Shown here piece by piece: positions 20,281-31,488 of a stretch of DNA of 64,000 nt. The notes beneath the pieces are model-generated. The model had not been told where the DNA came from and searched no databases. It saw only the letters and a list, made by a program, of their open reading frames with translations. The first letter of the stretch is position 1. Each line of letters starts with the position of its first letter. The stretch is taken from the NCBI GenBank assembly GCA_963777605.1, contig CAVZRV010000029.1, forward strand, positions 224,001 to 288,000, written 5' to 3'. Origin of the DNA: an uncultured Acidobacteriota bacterium. GTDB lineage: Bacteria; Acidobacteriota; UBA6911; RPQK01; JAPXNP01. The position numbers and the translations under genes were made by a program.

Positions 20281-22708
20281 TTACCGTACCACGAAATTGA
20301 CCAGGCTCTTCTCTCCTTTTCGGACGAATATAACTTTTCGAATAGTTCGGCCTTCGAGATAGCCCACCAACTTCCTGAGTGGCAAGCTCTTTGATTGCCG
20401 ATTCTTCCATGTCCGCCGGAACGGAAACCCTGGCCCGGAGCTTTCCGTTGACCTGGATCTGGAATCTCGATGACATCTTCAGCCGCCTCATCCGGGGTCA
20501 AATATGGGCCAGGGATGGTTGCTGACGCATTCATGCGTGTCCAAGACGCTGCCAAAGCTCTTCTGCGATATGCGGGAGCAAACGGCGCCAGCAGGAGCAG
20601 GAAGCGTTCCCAGTCTTCGCGGCGCACCAGCTCGAGCGTGCCGAAACGGTTCGCCAGGGTCATCAGTGCCGAGACCGCCGTGTTGAACTTCATCGCTTCG
20701 ACCCGTTCACCCACTTCGCGGATGGTCTTGTGAACCAGTCGGTTCGTGTCGGCGTCGGCTGCGACTATCGGAACTGACCTTCTCCTGGAGATCCCAGACC
20801 CTCTGCAAGAACCGGCTCATCCCGACCAGACCCTGGGTTGACCACGGGATTGGCTGGTCAAATGGACCCATGAAGAGTTCGTAAAGTCGGAAGGAGTCGG
20901 CTCCATAGGCATCGACCATTTCATCGGGGTTGACTACGTTTCCCCGGGATTTCGACATCTTCTCGCCGTTTTCACCGAGGATGAGCCCGTGAGAAGTCCG
21001 CTTCTGGTAGGGTTCCGTCGTCGGAACCACCCCGATGTCGTACAGGAACTTGTGCCAGAACCGCGAGTAGAGCAGGTGGAGGGTGGTGTGTTCCATTCCG
21101 CCGTTGTACCAGTCAACCGGGGTCCAGTAATCGAGCGTCTCCCGGGACGCCAGCGCCTGGTCGTTTCGGGGATCAATGTAACGCAGGAAGTACCAGGACG
21201 AACCGGCCCACTGGGGCATGGTATCGGTTTCCCGGCGTGCCGGGCCGCCGCACTTGGGGCACTCGGTGTTGACCCACTCGTCGAGCGCCGCCAGTGGGGA
21301 CTCGCCTGATTCGGTCGTTCGGTACTGTTCGACTTCGGGAAGTTCCAGAGGAAGCTGATCCTCAGGTAGCGGCACCCAGCCGCAGGCCGGGCAGTCGACC
21401 ATTGGAATCGGCTCGCCCCAGTACCGCTGCCGGCTGAAGACCCAGTCGCGCAGCCGGAACTGAATCGAGGCCGTACCGTAGCCTTCCCGCCTCACGATCT
21501 CGGTCATCTTCATGATGGCCTCGGATGGCTTCAGGCCGTTCAGCGGGCCGGAGTTGACGAGTGTCCCTTTCTCGATCTCGACAAAAGCTTCCTTCTCAAT
21601 GTCCCCGCCCGAGATGACTTCGACAACAGGCAATCCGTATTTTCGCGCGAAACGCCAGTCGCGCTCGTCGTGACCCGGTACCGCCATGATTGCGCCGGTG
21701 CCGTAGGAGATCAGGACGTAGTCGGCGATCCAAATCGGGATTTCGTCACCATTGGCCGGGTTCTTGGCCCGGACGCCCTTCAGTTCGACCCCGGTAACCT
21801 CCTTGGCGACTTCAGTTCTCTCGAAATCGGACTTGCGCGCAGCCGACTCTCGATATGCCCGAATTTCATCAGGGTTTTCCGACGAATCCAGCAGTTCGTC
21901 CACCAGGGGGTGTTCGGGAGCCAGGACCATGTAGGTTACGCCGAACAAGCGTGTCCGGACGGGTCGTGAACACTCTCATCACCTTGTCCGGTTGGCCGGC
22001 TACGAGGAAGTCAACCTCCGCCCCGGTTGACTTTCCGATCCAGTTGGATTGCTGGGCCTTGATCTTGTCCAGAAAGTCGACCGTGTCGAGATCGCTCAGC
22101 AGTCGTTCCGCGTACCGGGTGATGCGCAGCATCCACTGGCTGCGGTTACGCCGGACAACCGTGCCCCCGCACCGTTCACAAACGCCGCCCACCACTTCTT
22201 CGTTTGCCAGACCGACTTTGCAAGACTGGCACCAGTTGACCGGCATCTCGTTCTTGTAGGCCAGTCCGTTTTCCCAGAGTTTCAGGAAGATCCACTGGGT
22301 CCACTTGTAGTAGCCGGGATCGGTCGTGTTGATCTCTCGGTTCCAGTCGAAAGAGAAGCCCAACCGCTTCAACTGAAACCGAAACCGGTTGATGTTACGT
22401 TCGGTCACGATTCGGGGGTGCTGGCCGGTTTTGATCGCGAAATTCTCCGTCGGGAGCCCGAACGCGTCCCAGCCGATCGGGTACAGCACGTTGAACCCGT
22501 CCATTCGTCGCTTGCGGGCGACGATGTCAAGGGCGGTGTAGCTTCTGGGATGACCAACGTGGAGCCCCTCGCCGGAAGGGTAGGGGAATTCGATCAGGAC
22601 ATAGAACTTGTCCCTGCTCGGGTCGTCTGTGGCCGCAAAAAGATCCAGTTCGGCCCAGCGCCGCTGCCATCGCGTTTCAATCTCTTCAAAGTTGTACTCG
22701 GAACCCAT
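20281..22708 (-). CDS. leuS: Leucine--tRNA ligase (several frameshifts, probably sequencing errors)
   Basis: [13 protein letters not shown] (HIGH), [55 protein letters not shown]-terminal LVNFVVR* at 20281; split over at least five frames/segments. Confidence 0.93.
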
Positions 22709-22954
22709 AAGGTTGTCCTTTTCCTTCGTCAGCTGCCGGCCGTTCATCGGCACGAAATCTTCTCCGACGGACCGCCCGCCTCCAAATTCCCGCGGCCGAT
22801 CGTATTCTAACGTGATACAGCTTTTCAGTCTTCTCGGCTCTCCTGTGTCTGCCGGGGTTAGCGATCCGGACGAGAGCCGTTGACAGAACCTCAACCCCAC
22901 AAACCCCAAATTGACATCCTTACTCCGTTGTGAGACCGTCGCGGACGATTATCA

Positions 22955-23407
22955 ATGACACGCATCACCTTCGGCACGACAGTAACCATTCACTACACCC
23001 TTACCGTTGATGGTTCCGTTCTGGACTCGACTGAGGGCGCTGCCCCAGTGACTTACATCCAGGGCCAGGGTCAGCTGATTCCCGGACTGGAAGAGAAACT
23101 GGAAGGCCTTCGCGAAGGTGACAAGACGCGTGCGGTGGTTCCTCCGGAAAAGGCCTATGGTACCTACCGGCCGGAAAGTGTTCACGAGATCGAACGTTCC
23201 GTCTTCACCAATCCTGAAGAGGTGACCCCCGGGATGATGGTAGAGGGGCGAAACCGCCTCGGAGCCCCGTTCCGGGCCAAGGTGCTCGAGGTGCGGGAGA
23301 ATGGCTTCCTCGTCGATCTCAACCATCCTTTCGCCGGCAAGTATCTCGAGTTTGAGGTGGAAATCGTCTCAGTGACCGCTCCCGAGACTCGGGAAATAGA
23401 AGGCTGA
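22955..23407 (+). CDS. slyD: FKBP-type peptidyl-prolyl isomerase, SlyD-like without His tail
   Basis: HYTL...LDST...GQLIPGLE...PEKAYG...VDLNHPFAGK. Confidence 0.9.
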   Translation: MTRITFGTTVTIHYTLTVDGSVLDSTEGAAPVTYIQGQGQLIPGLEEKLEGLREGDKTRAVVPPEKAYGTYRPESVHEIERSVFTNPEEVTPGMMVEGRNRLGAPFRAKVLEVRENGFLVDLNHPFAGKYLEFEVEIVSVTAPETREIEG

Positions 23408-23518
23408 ACCGATGTGGAGTGCGGAAGCGATAGCTTCCGCTTTGTGTGCCCGAGTGCGGCTAGTGTTCAATCGTCGTTAGGAAGCGAAAGCTTCCGTAAC
23501 CTCCGGACGAGAGGAACC

Positions 23519-23633
23519 CGGCGCGACCATTACAGGGCGCAATCACCGTGCCGGGACCCCAGACCCAGCGCAAGCCCTGAGCTGGAACCAATGTGCCATG
23601 GACGTGTGTAGGGCCCAGTTTCACTCTTTGAAT
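23519..23633. repeat. Degenerate intergenic repeat homologous to 6677-6785
   Basis: Shared GGCGCGACC..TACAGG.CGCAATC...CAGACCCA...GGCCCAGTTTCAC.CT.TGAAT. Confidence 0.5.
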
Positions 23634-23786
23634 GGCCAGTGCCGCCTGGAACGGGTTTTACCCGAAACCCGCTTCCCGCTTCAAAGATCAGTTGTAGAAT
23701 TACCCGGACCTTCGAGATCCCGTGCCAGGAGTGGTTGATTCGACGGGCCTCGGAGTGTGCCCTTCAGGGGCAGGAGTGAGGGAAGC

Positions 23787-25257
23787 ATGAAACAGGGGTG
23801 GATTCTAGTTGGGTTGTGCTTTGTCTTGTTTACGCCGGTGCAGGGAGGGACGGTCGACAAGCTGATCGGGCTCCTTACTCAGAAAGGCCTCATCACCGAG
23901 ACGGAGGCTGCGGGGCTTCGGGCCGAACTGGTCCGTGAAACCGCTTGCACCCCCGAAGTTACGATGGAGCTTTCAGCAGGGGAGGACGGGCAAGTTCCCC
24001 AGGCTCCACGGTTCGGGCAGTCTGCCCCGGCCGCTTCCGACTCCGGCGTGACCACCGTTCCCGCTGCGGCACCTGACACGGGACCGGCATCGACCGGCAA
24101 GGATTCCATGACGATCTCGGTCGGTGAGAAGGTGCGTTTTGGTGGAGACCTTCGTCTTCGCTACGACTACCAGGGGCGCAGCTTTGGATCCGGCCAGCCC
24201 GACCACGACCGGGGCCAGCCCCGATTTCGGTTGCGCTTCGGGTTCGAGGCCGAGCCTCTGGAAAATCTGGAAATCGGCGCTCGTTTTGCCTCCGGCTCGG
24301 GGTTCCAGAACACCACTAACCAGAGTTTCGACGACCATGCCCGGGGCAAGCAGATCTTCATCGACCGGGCCTACGCGTCCTGGAAGCCGCACCGGGCGTT
24401 TACCCTGGTCGGCGGAAAGCAGGAAAATCCCTTCTTCACGACCCCGCTCGTGTGGGATGAGGACGTGAACATTGAAGGGCTGTCTGAACTCCTCCAGTGG
24501 AAAGGGGAGCAGGTCGGACTGTTTGCCAACGTCACTCAGTTTGTCGTCGAAGAGGTCAACAACGGGACCACAGCATTGCCCTGGATGGTGGGTGCCCAGG
24601 TTGGGATTTCGGGCAAGCCGGCCGACGGGGTCTCGGTTCGGTTCGGGGCGACCTTTTACAACTTCATGAACCTCGACCTGCTGTCTCCTCAGGGGATTGG
24701 TGATTCCACCACGTTCGTCGGCTACAATCAGGCTTATGGTCAGCAGATGGTCTTCGATAACCGGGGAAGACTCCTCAACGAGTTCCGTGACACCGAGGTG
24801 AACGGAACGGTGACTTTCCAGAAGGTGTTGCCGTTCCCGGTCGAATTCTTCGGTGCCTACTTGAAGAATCACGCTGCCGACATCACGAAACTCCGCGTCA
24901 ACGGGGTCGCGGTGCCGGGAAGTGATCCTGCGCGCCTGCTCGCTTACGGGAATGACAACCGCGATGCGGGTTACCAATTCGGAGTCGCTTTGGGCAACCG
25001 GGGTCACAAAAAGGACGTGAATGTTCAGTATTTATACCAGGCCCTGGAGGATTTCGCTTTTCCTGCCGTCTTTGTCGACTCGGACTTTCACGGGGGCGGA
25101 ACCAACAACCGTGGACATCGGCTCCGCGTCCACTACTATTTCAACAACCGGATCTACTTCCAGAACGTCCTCTTCTTCACGCAGACGGGAGAGCACGGTG
25201 AAAGACGGCCGCCGGGACGAGAACCGGGCCCAACTCGACCTGATCTTCAAGTTCTGA
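23787..25257 (+). CDS. Putative porin (Porin_5-like), frameshift near 25186
   Basis: Signal peptide, LTQKGLITETEA, GDLRLRY, RFRLRFG, IDRAY, WDEDVN.EG, DSDFHGGGTN; C-terminus RAQLDLIFKF* in the alternative frame. Confidence 0.82.
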
Positions 25258-25278
25258 CGACGACCGGTTGGGGCCAGG

Positions 25279-25326
25279 GTAGTCCAGGCCGCCGGCCTGG
25301 TGGGTCGGCCGGGCTGCCAGCCCGGC
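25279..25326 (+). repeat. GTAG-headed REP-like double hairpin
   Basis: GTAGTCCAGGCCGCCGGCCTGG...GCCGGGCTGCCAGCCCGGC; same family as the 27196-27343 and 30808-30952 repeats. Confidence 0.6.
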
Positions 25327-25687
25327 GGTGGAAGGCCGGAGAGCCAAGACCGGGATGACGGTTTGGCAGGAGTCTCGGCCGATCGCAGGTCGAGGGTAAA
25401 GTTTCGAGAAGCCACCGGGATCAGGGGCTGATTGCGAAGCGTTTGGACCGCAGAACATACCCCGATCTTGGGTTCAGTAGGACAGCGTCGCCGAGATGCA
25501 GTACCCCGCTTGGGCCTTTTTGGAGTTTTGCAACAGCCCCGGAAGGGAGCTGCCCGGGGTGCAGCCGAAGGCGGAACCTGGGTCCCCAAACCACTCCCCC
25601 TGGGACGTCGGTCACGACGGCGATAGAATCACATCAACGCTGCACATGCATCGGTGCCCCGCCCGGGGAGGAACGGGAGTAGAGGAT

Positions 25688-27022
25688 ATGGCGCGCAAAC
25701 TGCTGATCGGGCTAGCCATCGTTGTTGTCGTCCTGATCGGTCTCGTTGTGATCGTGGCGAGTCGATTCGACTCGGAAACACTCGGACGTGAATTACTGGC
25801 CCGGGCCAGTGCTGCGACCGGAGTTGAACTTGACGCGAAGAGCTTCGAGATCAGTGTGTTCGAAGGTCTCGACATGTCGGGAGTCACGGCCGAGGGCGAC
25901 TACTCACAGGGCCACTACCGGATCAATCTCGACAAGGTGTCCCTCCGTTATCGGCTTCGTCCCCTGCTGGAGGGGACGGTCTCGGTCTCGAAGATCATCC
26001 TCGACGGACCCGACGTGGAGTTGACGGTCACTCCTTCGAAATCAGAGCCCGAGAAGGCTCCCGCGAGCGCGCCCGCCGACGGTTCGACGACCAACTTGAC
26101 CCTGGAGGTTTCTGAGATCCAACTGACCCGGGGCCACGTTGTCGTCCGTCAGGTCGATAACGACGGGAAGCCGGTGAGCACGACTGAGGTCAGGGATCTG
26201 GAGATCACTCTTCGGAATGTCCTGTTCAACCCCGCTGTGTCTTCTCCCGTTGAGCAGGTGTCGGGTCAGGGCGTCGTCTCGGCGCAGGAGGTGCTGCTCA
26301 ATACTCTGGCACTCAAAGACGTGAAGGGGAACCTGGTGCTTGACCAGGGCGTCGCACAGATCCGGGACCTTTCAATGTCTACCGAGTACGGTGATTTGTC
26401 ATCGAACCTGACGCTTGACTTTAAACCGGTGCCCTTTGCGTTCAGCTTCGATGCCCGTGGCGACCCAATCAACGTGAACCAGATTGTCGGCTTGGGGACG
26501 GAGGGAACCTTGGGCAGCGGCCAGCTCGAAATCGAGGGGACGGGGCGCGGGAACGACCCCGAACAGATGGACGCCCATGGAAATCTGCAATTGGCCCCAG
26601 GAAAAATCCCCAACCACACCGTTCTTGCCAAGGCGGCGCAGATCCTGGGGCTCAAGAACCTTGTCGGAGCTCCTTACCAGGCCTCTCCCGCAACGTTTCA
26701 GGTGCGCGACAGGCGGGTGACTCTCGACGGATTCGAACTCAAGTCGGAACTGGCCGCGGTGGGTGTTTCCGGGTGGGCCCAACTCGCGGGACCGATCTCG
26801 ATGGTCGTTACTTTGCTGATTCCGCGCCAGGGGTTGGTCATTCCCCGGGTTCCAACAGTTGTTCTGGATGCGCTGACCGACTCGAACGGGTGGATCCGGA
26901 TTCCCTTCAACGTCACCGGGACCCGCGAAGAACCTGAGGTCACTCTGGACCTGGACTACCTGCTGCGCCAGGGAACCGCCGGAGCCGGCCTGAGACTGCT
27001 GGAAAGGCTCCGAGGGAATTAG
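25688..27022 (+). CDS. AsmA-family protein
   Basis: N-terminal TM, beta-groove repeats, C-terminal IPFNVTGTREEPEV; AGAGG RBS before ATG 25688. Confidence 0.8.
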   Translation: MARKLLIGLAIVVVVLIGLVVIVASRFDSETLGRELLARASAATGVELDAKSFEISVFEGLDMSGVTAEGDYSQGHYRINLDKVSLRYRLRPLLEGTVSVSKIILDGPDVELTVTPSKSEPEKAPASAPADGSTTNLTLEVSEIQLTRGHVVVRQVDNDGKPVSTTEVRDLEITLRNVLFNPAVSSPVEQVSGQGVVSAQEVLLNTLALKDVKGNLVLDQGVAQIRDLSMSTEYGDLSSNLTLDFKPVPFAFSFDARGDPINVNQIVGLGTEGTLGSGQLEIEGTGRGNDPEQMDAHGNLQLAPGKIPNHTVLAKAAQILGLKNLVGAPYQASPATFQVRDRRVTLDGFELKSELAAVGVSGWAQLAGPISMVVTLLIPRQGLVIPRVPTVVLDALTDSNGWIRIPFNVTGTREEPEVTLDLDYLLRQGTAGAGLRLLERLRGN

Positions 27023-27195
27023 CTAACGTCGGACGAAGGTCCCCGGTTGTCTCCAGAGTAGAACGACCCCGGTTGCCTTGCGGCTGAAGCCACAGGCCGG
27101 CAAGGAGGTTGCGGGTCATGAGTTTCGGGTTTCGGGAGAATCGAGAATCGGGACTGGGTTAGACGTTCCACGTTCAACCTGTCCCGTTCGGGTAA

Positions 27196-27343
27196 CTGGG
27201 AAGGCAAAGGGTAATCCAGGCATCCCTGCCTGGGATGGCCGCCGCGGCAGCTTGCCTGGCGACGACAAGCTGGGAAGGCAAAGGGTAGTCCAGGCATCCC
27301 TGCCTGGGATGGCGTGCCAGGCAGCTTGCCTGGCGACCACAAA
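27196..27343 (+). repeat. Two tandem 74-bp REP-like units
   Basis: CTGGGAAGGCAAAGGGTA(A/G)TCCAGGCATCCCTGCCTGGGATGG...GGCAGCTTGCCTGGCGAC at 27196 and 27270. Confidence 0.8.
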
Positions 27344-27546
27344 CATTTACGATCTACGATCTTTGAGTTGTGATTTATCCTGAAGAATTCCTCCCACGAG
27401 GCTAACCTGACCCCGCACCAGGTTGAACATTGAACCCGGACACTGCTGACCCGAATCCACCGATTCGTCGAAACCAGAGACATGCTCCGGCGAATTTCCC
27501 GAAATCAAAAATCGTAAATCGAAAATCTTCTTGGTATGTTTGCACG

Positions 27547-30500
27547 ATGAAAAGACTGCTCCTCGTTGTATCCCTGTTGCTGATCGGTCTTGTGAGTTCG
27601 GCGCTTTCGGCCGAAAGCGATTCAGTCTGGTCGAGCGCGACCTTTTCCGGGCTCAAGTTGCGCGGCATCGGTCCTGCCTTCATGGCGGGGCGAATCGCCG
27701 ACATTTCCATCGATCCCCGGTCCAAGTCAACCTGGTACGTGGCAGTCGGTTCGGGCGGAGTCTGGAAGACCGTCAACGCCGGCACCACGTGGACGCCGAT
27801 ATTTGACGGCGAGAAGTCCTACTCCATCGGGTGTGTCACTCTCGATCCCAACAACCCGGACGTGGTCTGGGTGGGCACGGGCGAGAACGTGAGCGGGCGC
27901 CATGTCGGTTACGGGGATGGCGTTTACCGTAGCCTGGACGGAGGCGAAACCTGGACGGCGATGGGGCTGAAGGTATTCGGAGCACATCGCCAAAATCCTG
28001 GTCGATCCCCGCGACTCCGAATGTCAGTCTACGTTGCCTCGGAAGGGCCGCTGTGGAACTCCGGGGGAGAGCGCGGAGTCTACAAGTCGGCCGACGGCGG
28101 AAAGTCCTGGTACGCAGGCCCTGAAGATCAACGAGGATACCGGGGTCACCGACCTCGAGTTCGATCCCCGCAACCCGGACGTGCTTTTTGCCGCCGCCTA
28201 TCAGCGCCGACGGACGGTCTGGTCGTTCCTGGCCGGCGGGCCGAATTCGGGGCTCTACAAATCCACGGATGCCGGCGAAAATTGGCGCAAGCTGGAAAAG
28301 GGACTCCCCAAAGGGGACATGGGAAAGATCGGTATCGCCGTTTCTCCCGTCGATCCCGATTACGTCTATGCCACCATCGAGGCGACAGAGAAGGAAAAGG
28401 GATTTTACCGATCCACCGATTCGGGCGAGAGCTGGGAGAAACGCAACAGCTACGTCAGCGGAGGGACCGGTCCCCACTATTACCAGGAGATCTACGCCTC
28501 CCCGTTCGATCGGGACCGCGTCTACCAGATGGATGTCTGGATGCAATGGACCGAGGACGGGGGCAAGACTTTCAGCCGCCTCGGCGAGGACGACAAGCAC
28601 TCTGACAATCACGCACTCGCCTTTGACCCCAACGATCCCGAGCATTTGCTGGCCGGGTGCGACGGGGGCCTTTATGAGACCTTCGACCACGCCAAGAACT
28701 GGCGGTTCGTGGCCAACATGCCCATCACCCAGTTCTACAAGCTCTCTCTCGACAACGATTTCCCCTTCTACAACATGGTCGGCGGAACCCAGGACAACAA
28801 CACCCAACTGGGCCCGTCCCGGACCCCGAACCAGAGTGGCGTGCGCAACCAGGATTGGATCGTTACCCTGGGCGGGGACGGCTACTCCTGCCAGATCGAC
28901 CCGAAGGATCCCAACATCGTATATTCCGAGTGGCAGGTCGGCAGCCTGGCCCGCTTCGACAAGGCAACCGGCCAGCGGGTCGACATCAAGCCGCAGCCTG
29001 CGGCGGGCGATCCGCCGGAGCGCTGGAATTGGGATGCTCCCATCCTGATCAGCCCCCACTCACACACCCGCCTCTATTACGGGTCCCAGCGGATCTGGCG
29101 CAGCGACGACCGGGGCGATTCCTGGAAGCCGATCAGCGGCGACCTGACCCGCAACGAGAATCGGTACCAGTTGCAGGTTGCGGGAAGGGTCTGGAGCGTT
29201 GATGCCATCTTCGACCACATGGCCATGTCCCTCTACAACACCACCAGCAGCATCTCCGAGTCTCCCCTCGTGGAGGGATTGATTTACGTGGGAACCGACG
29301 ACGGGCTGATCCAGGTGAGCGAGGACGGGGGAGGGAACTGGCGTCGGCTGGAAGCTCTTCCGGGGGTACCCGATCGCTTTTTCGTCAACGAGATCAAGGC
29401 GTCGGTCACGGATCCCGACACCGTCTTCGTAGCCGTCGACAGTCACAAGACCGGCGACTACCGTCCCTACCTCTTCAAGAGCACCGATCGGGGCCGCACC
29501 TGGACTTCGATTGCGGGAGACCTGCCCGAACGCCAATTGGTCTGGTCGATCGAGCAGGACTCGGTCAAGCCCGAGCTGCTCTTTCTGGGAGCCGAGTCGG
29601 GGCTGTACTTTACGGTTGACGGCGGCGGTCACTGGATCCTGCTCAAGGGAGGAGTGCCCACCATTTCCTTCCGCGACATCGAAATCCAGCGGCGGGACAA
29701 CGATCTCGTGGGAGCCTCTTTTGGCCGAGGATTCTACATTCTGGATGATTACACCCCGTTGCGGGAAGTCTCCGAATCCAGCTTAAAGGAGGGTACGACC
29801 CTGCTCTCCGTCCGGAAGGCGCTTCGGTACATCCCCTCCGATCCCCTCGGCGCCGAGGGAGGCGATGGGAAGGCCTACCAGGGTTCGGCTTACTTCACGG
29901 CTCCCAATCCGCCCTTCGGCGCCGTCTTCACCTACTACCTGGCCGAAGGGTTGAAGAGCGACAAGGAGAAGCGGCGCGAAAAGGAAAAAGAGATCCGCAA
30001 AGAAGGTGGAGACGTTCCCTTCCCGGGATGGGATGCCTTGAAGCAGGAGATGCGCGAGGAGGAACCCCAGGTCATCCTCGCGGTAAGGGGCTCCGACGGA
30101 AAAGTCATTCGGCGAGTCAAGGGATCGGCCGGGAAGGGCTTCCACCGGGTGGCATGGGACCTGCGCTATCCGGCCCTCGATCCGATTCGTCTCGACGATT
30201 CCGGCTTCGTCCCGCCCTGGATGCGGGACCGTTCCGGGCCGCTGGTCGGGCCTGGAACTTACACCGTGAGCCTCTCCAGCCTGGTCAATGGGAAGGAAAC
30301 GGAACTGGGGCAGAGCCAGTCTTTTGAAGTCGTTGCTCTCGGAGGCTCGACCCTGCCGGAACAGAATCCGACTGAGGTCCTCACCTTCGAGCGGCGAACG
30401 GCCGAACTCCTGCGCAAGGCCGGCGGTGCCCAGCGCCGGTTGTCCGAACTCGAAAAGGAGTTGAAGTACATGCACGAGGCTGCACTCCGGGTCGCCGATG

Positions 30501-30811
30501 CCGCGCCCCTGCTGGACCGGATCCGCCGCCTTCAGCTCCAGGCCGCCGACCTCAACGAGCAACTCTCGGGCGATGAAGCGCGGCAAAAGCTCGAGGAGGC
30601 CACTGTCCCCGGGATTTTGGGGAGACTCCGCCCGGTGCTCGGTGCCGATCTCGATACGACCTACGGGCCGACCGAAACGCATCGCAAGAACGTGGACATC
30701 GCCGAAAAGGAGTGGAAGCAGTTCGAACCCGCCATGAGCCAGTTCGAATCCGATATCCAGTCCCTCGAAAAGGACATGGAGGAGGCCAAAGCCCCCTACA
30801 CCCCAAGGTAG
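27547..30811 (+). CDS. Secreted VPS10/BNR-repeat (Asp-box) beta-propeller protein, glycosyl hydrolase-like; frameshifts near 27970-28115
   Basis: Signal peptide, LRGIGPAFMAGRIADI, many SxDxGxTW Asp boxes, GGTQDN, RWNWDAPI, GRGFYILDD. Confidence 0.88.
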
Positions 30812-30952
30812 TCCAGGCTGCCAGCCTGCCACGTCGGCCGGGCAGCCCTGCCCGGCCCCGGCCACCGTGGCCAGCGTAATCCAGGCTGCCAGCCTGAAAT
30901 GTCGGCCGGGCAGCCCTGCCCGGCCCCGGGTAGGGCAACCTTCCAGGTTGTC
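30808..30952 (+). repeat. Three GTAG/GTAA-headed REP-like units
   Basis: GTA(G/A)TCCAGGCTGCCAGCCTG...GCCGGGCAGCCCTGCCCGGC at 30808 and 30876, variant at 30930; the first unit supplies the TAG stop of the upstream gene. Confidence 0.7.
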
Positions 30953-31193
30953 TCCGCGGCATGGCCTCCCAAGTCGGGCCCGGCACCACCACAGAGGCAG
31001 GCCCAAACCGGGCCTGCGTTCGTGACTCCGGCACGGGCCGCAGCGGACCGCCACCGGATTGGGTTCCGCCGTGGGGATATGGGACCCATGGGACGAATGG
31101 GACGCACAAGACATGGGGCTCATAGGACATGGGACGCCACCCCAGAGCGAGTCACCGGTCCAGAACTCCTGGACCGCGATCCCGCCGCAACCA

Positions 31194-31202
31194 TGCTAGA
31201 AT
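31194..31202 (+). promoter_or_regulatory. Extended -10 promoter of the tRNA
   Basis: TGcTAGAAT, ending 9 nt before the tRNA 5' end. Confidence 0.55.
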
Positions 31203-31211
31203 CACGCCCGT

Positions 31212-31297
31212 GCCCGGGTGGCGGAACTGGCAGACGCACAGGACTTAAAATCCTGTGGGGGGGAACCCCCGTACGGGTTCGATTCCCGTCCCGGGCA
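31212..31297 (+). tRNA. tRNA-Leu(TAA), CCA not encoded
   Basis: Acceptor stem GCCCGGG/CCCGGGC-A, D arm GCGGAACTGGCAGACGC, anticodon arm CAGGA-CTTAAAA-TCCTG, long variable arm, T arm ACGGG-TTCGATT-CCCGT. Confidence 0.97.
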
Positions 31298-31434
31298 TTT
31301 GCCCAAAACCCCCGTCCGACGCGGCTTTCCGGCCGACACCCATACTTCGCATTTCGCACTTCGCAGATCGCACTTTCCCCCGGTTGTGCCTGTACTGTGC
31401 CCGCGTCAATCCAACTCCAACTCACTGGAACCAA
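31298..31434 (+). repeat. Conserved left-end (type A) sequence, copy 1
   Basis: Highly similar to 41935-42064 and partly to 32178-32247; contains TGTGCC-N5-TGTGCC and AATCCAACTCCA.CTCA. Confidence 0.85.
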
Positions 31435-31488
31435 GATGGGAGATTTCGCCCTAAAGCTCGTGTTCAACATCGAAAGGCAATGAACTCA

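Noticed and set aside
17070-20714. Apparent 1214-aa fusion of a LeuRS fragment to a hybrid histidine kinase
   Set aside because: Produced by leuS frameshifts; leuS has its own stop at 20281 and the kinase has a plausible RBS and TTG start at 20177.
20281-28115. Programmed frameshifting or phase variation in leuS, porin and VPS10 genes
   Set aside because: Multiple clustered indels without slippery sites or long homopolymers are better explained by sequencing error.
27196-30952. CRISPR array
   Set aside because: Only 2-3 degenerate palindromic units per locus, no unique spacers of constant length, no cas genes.
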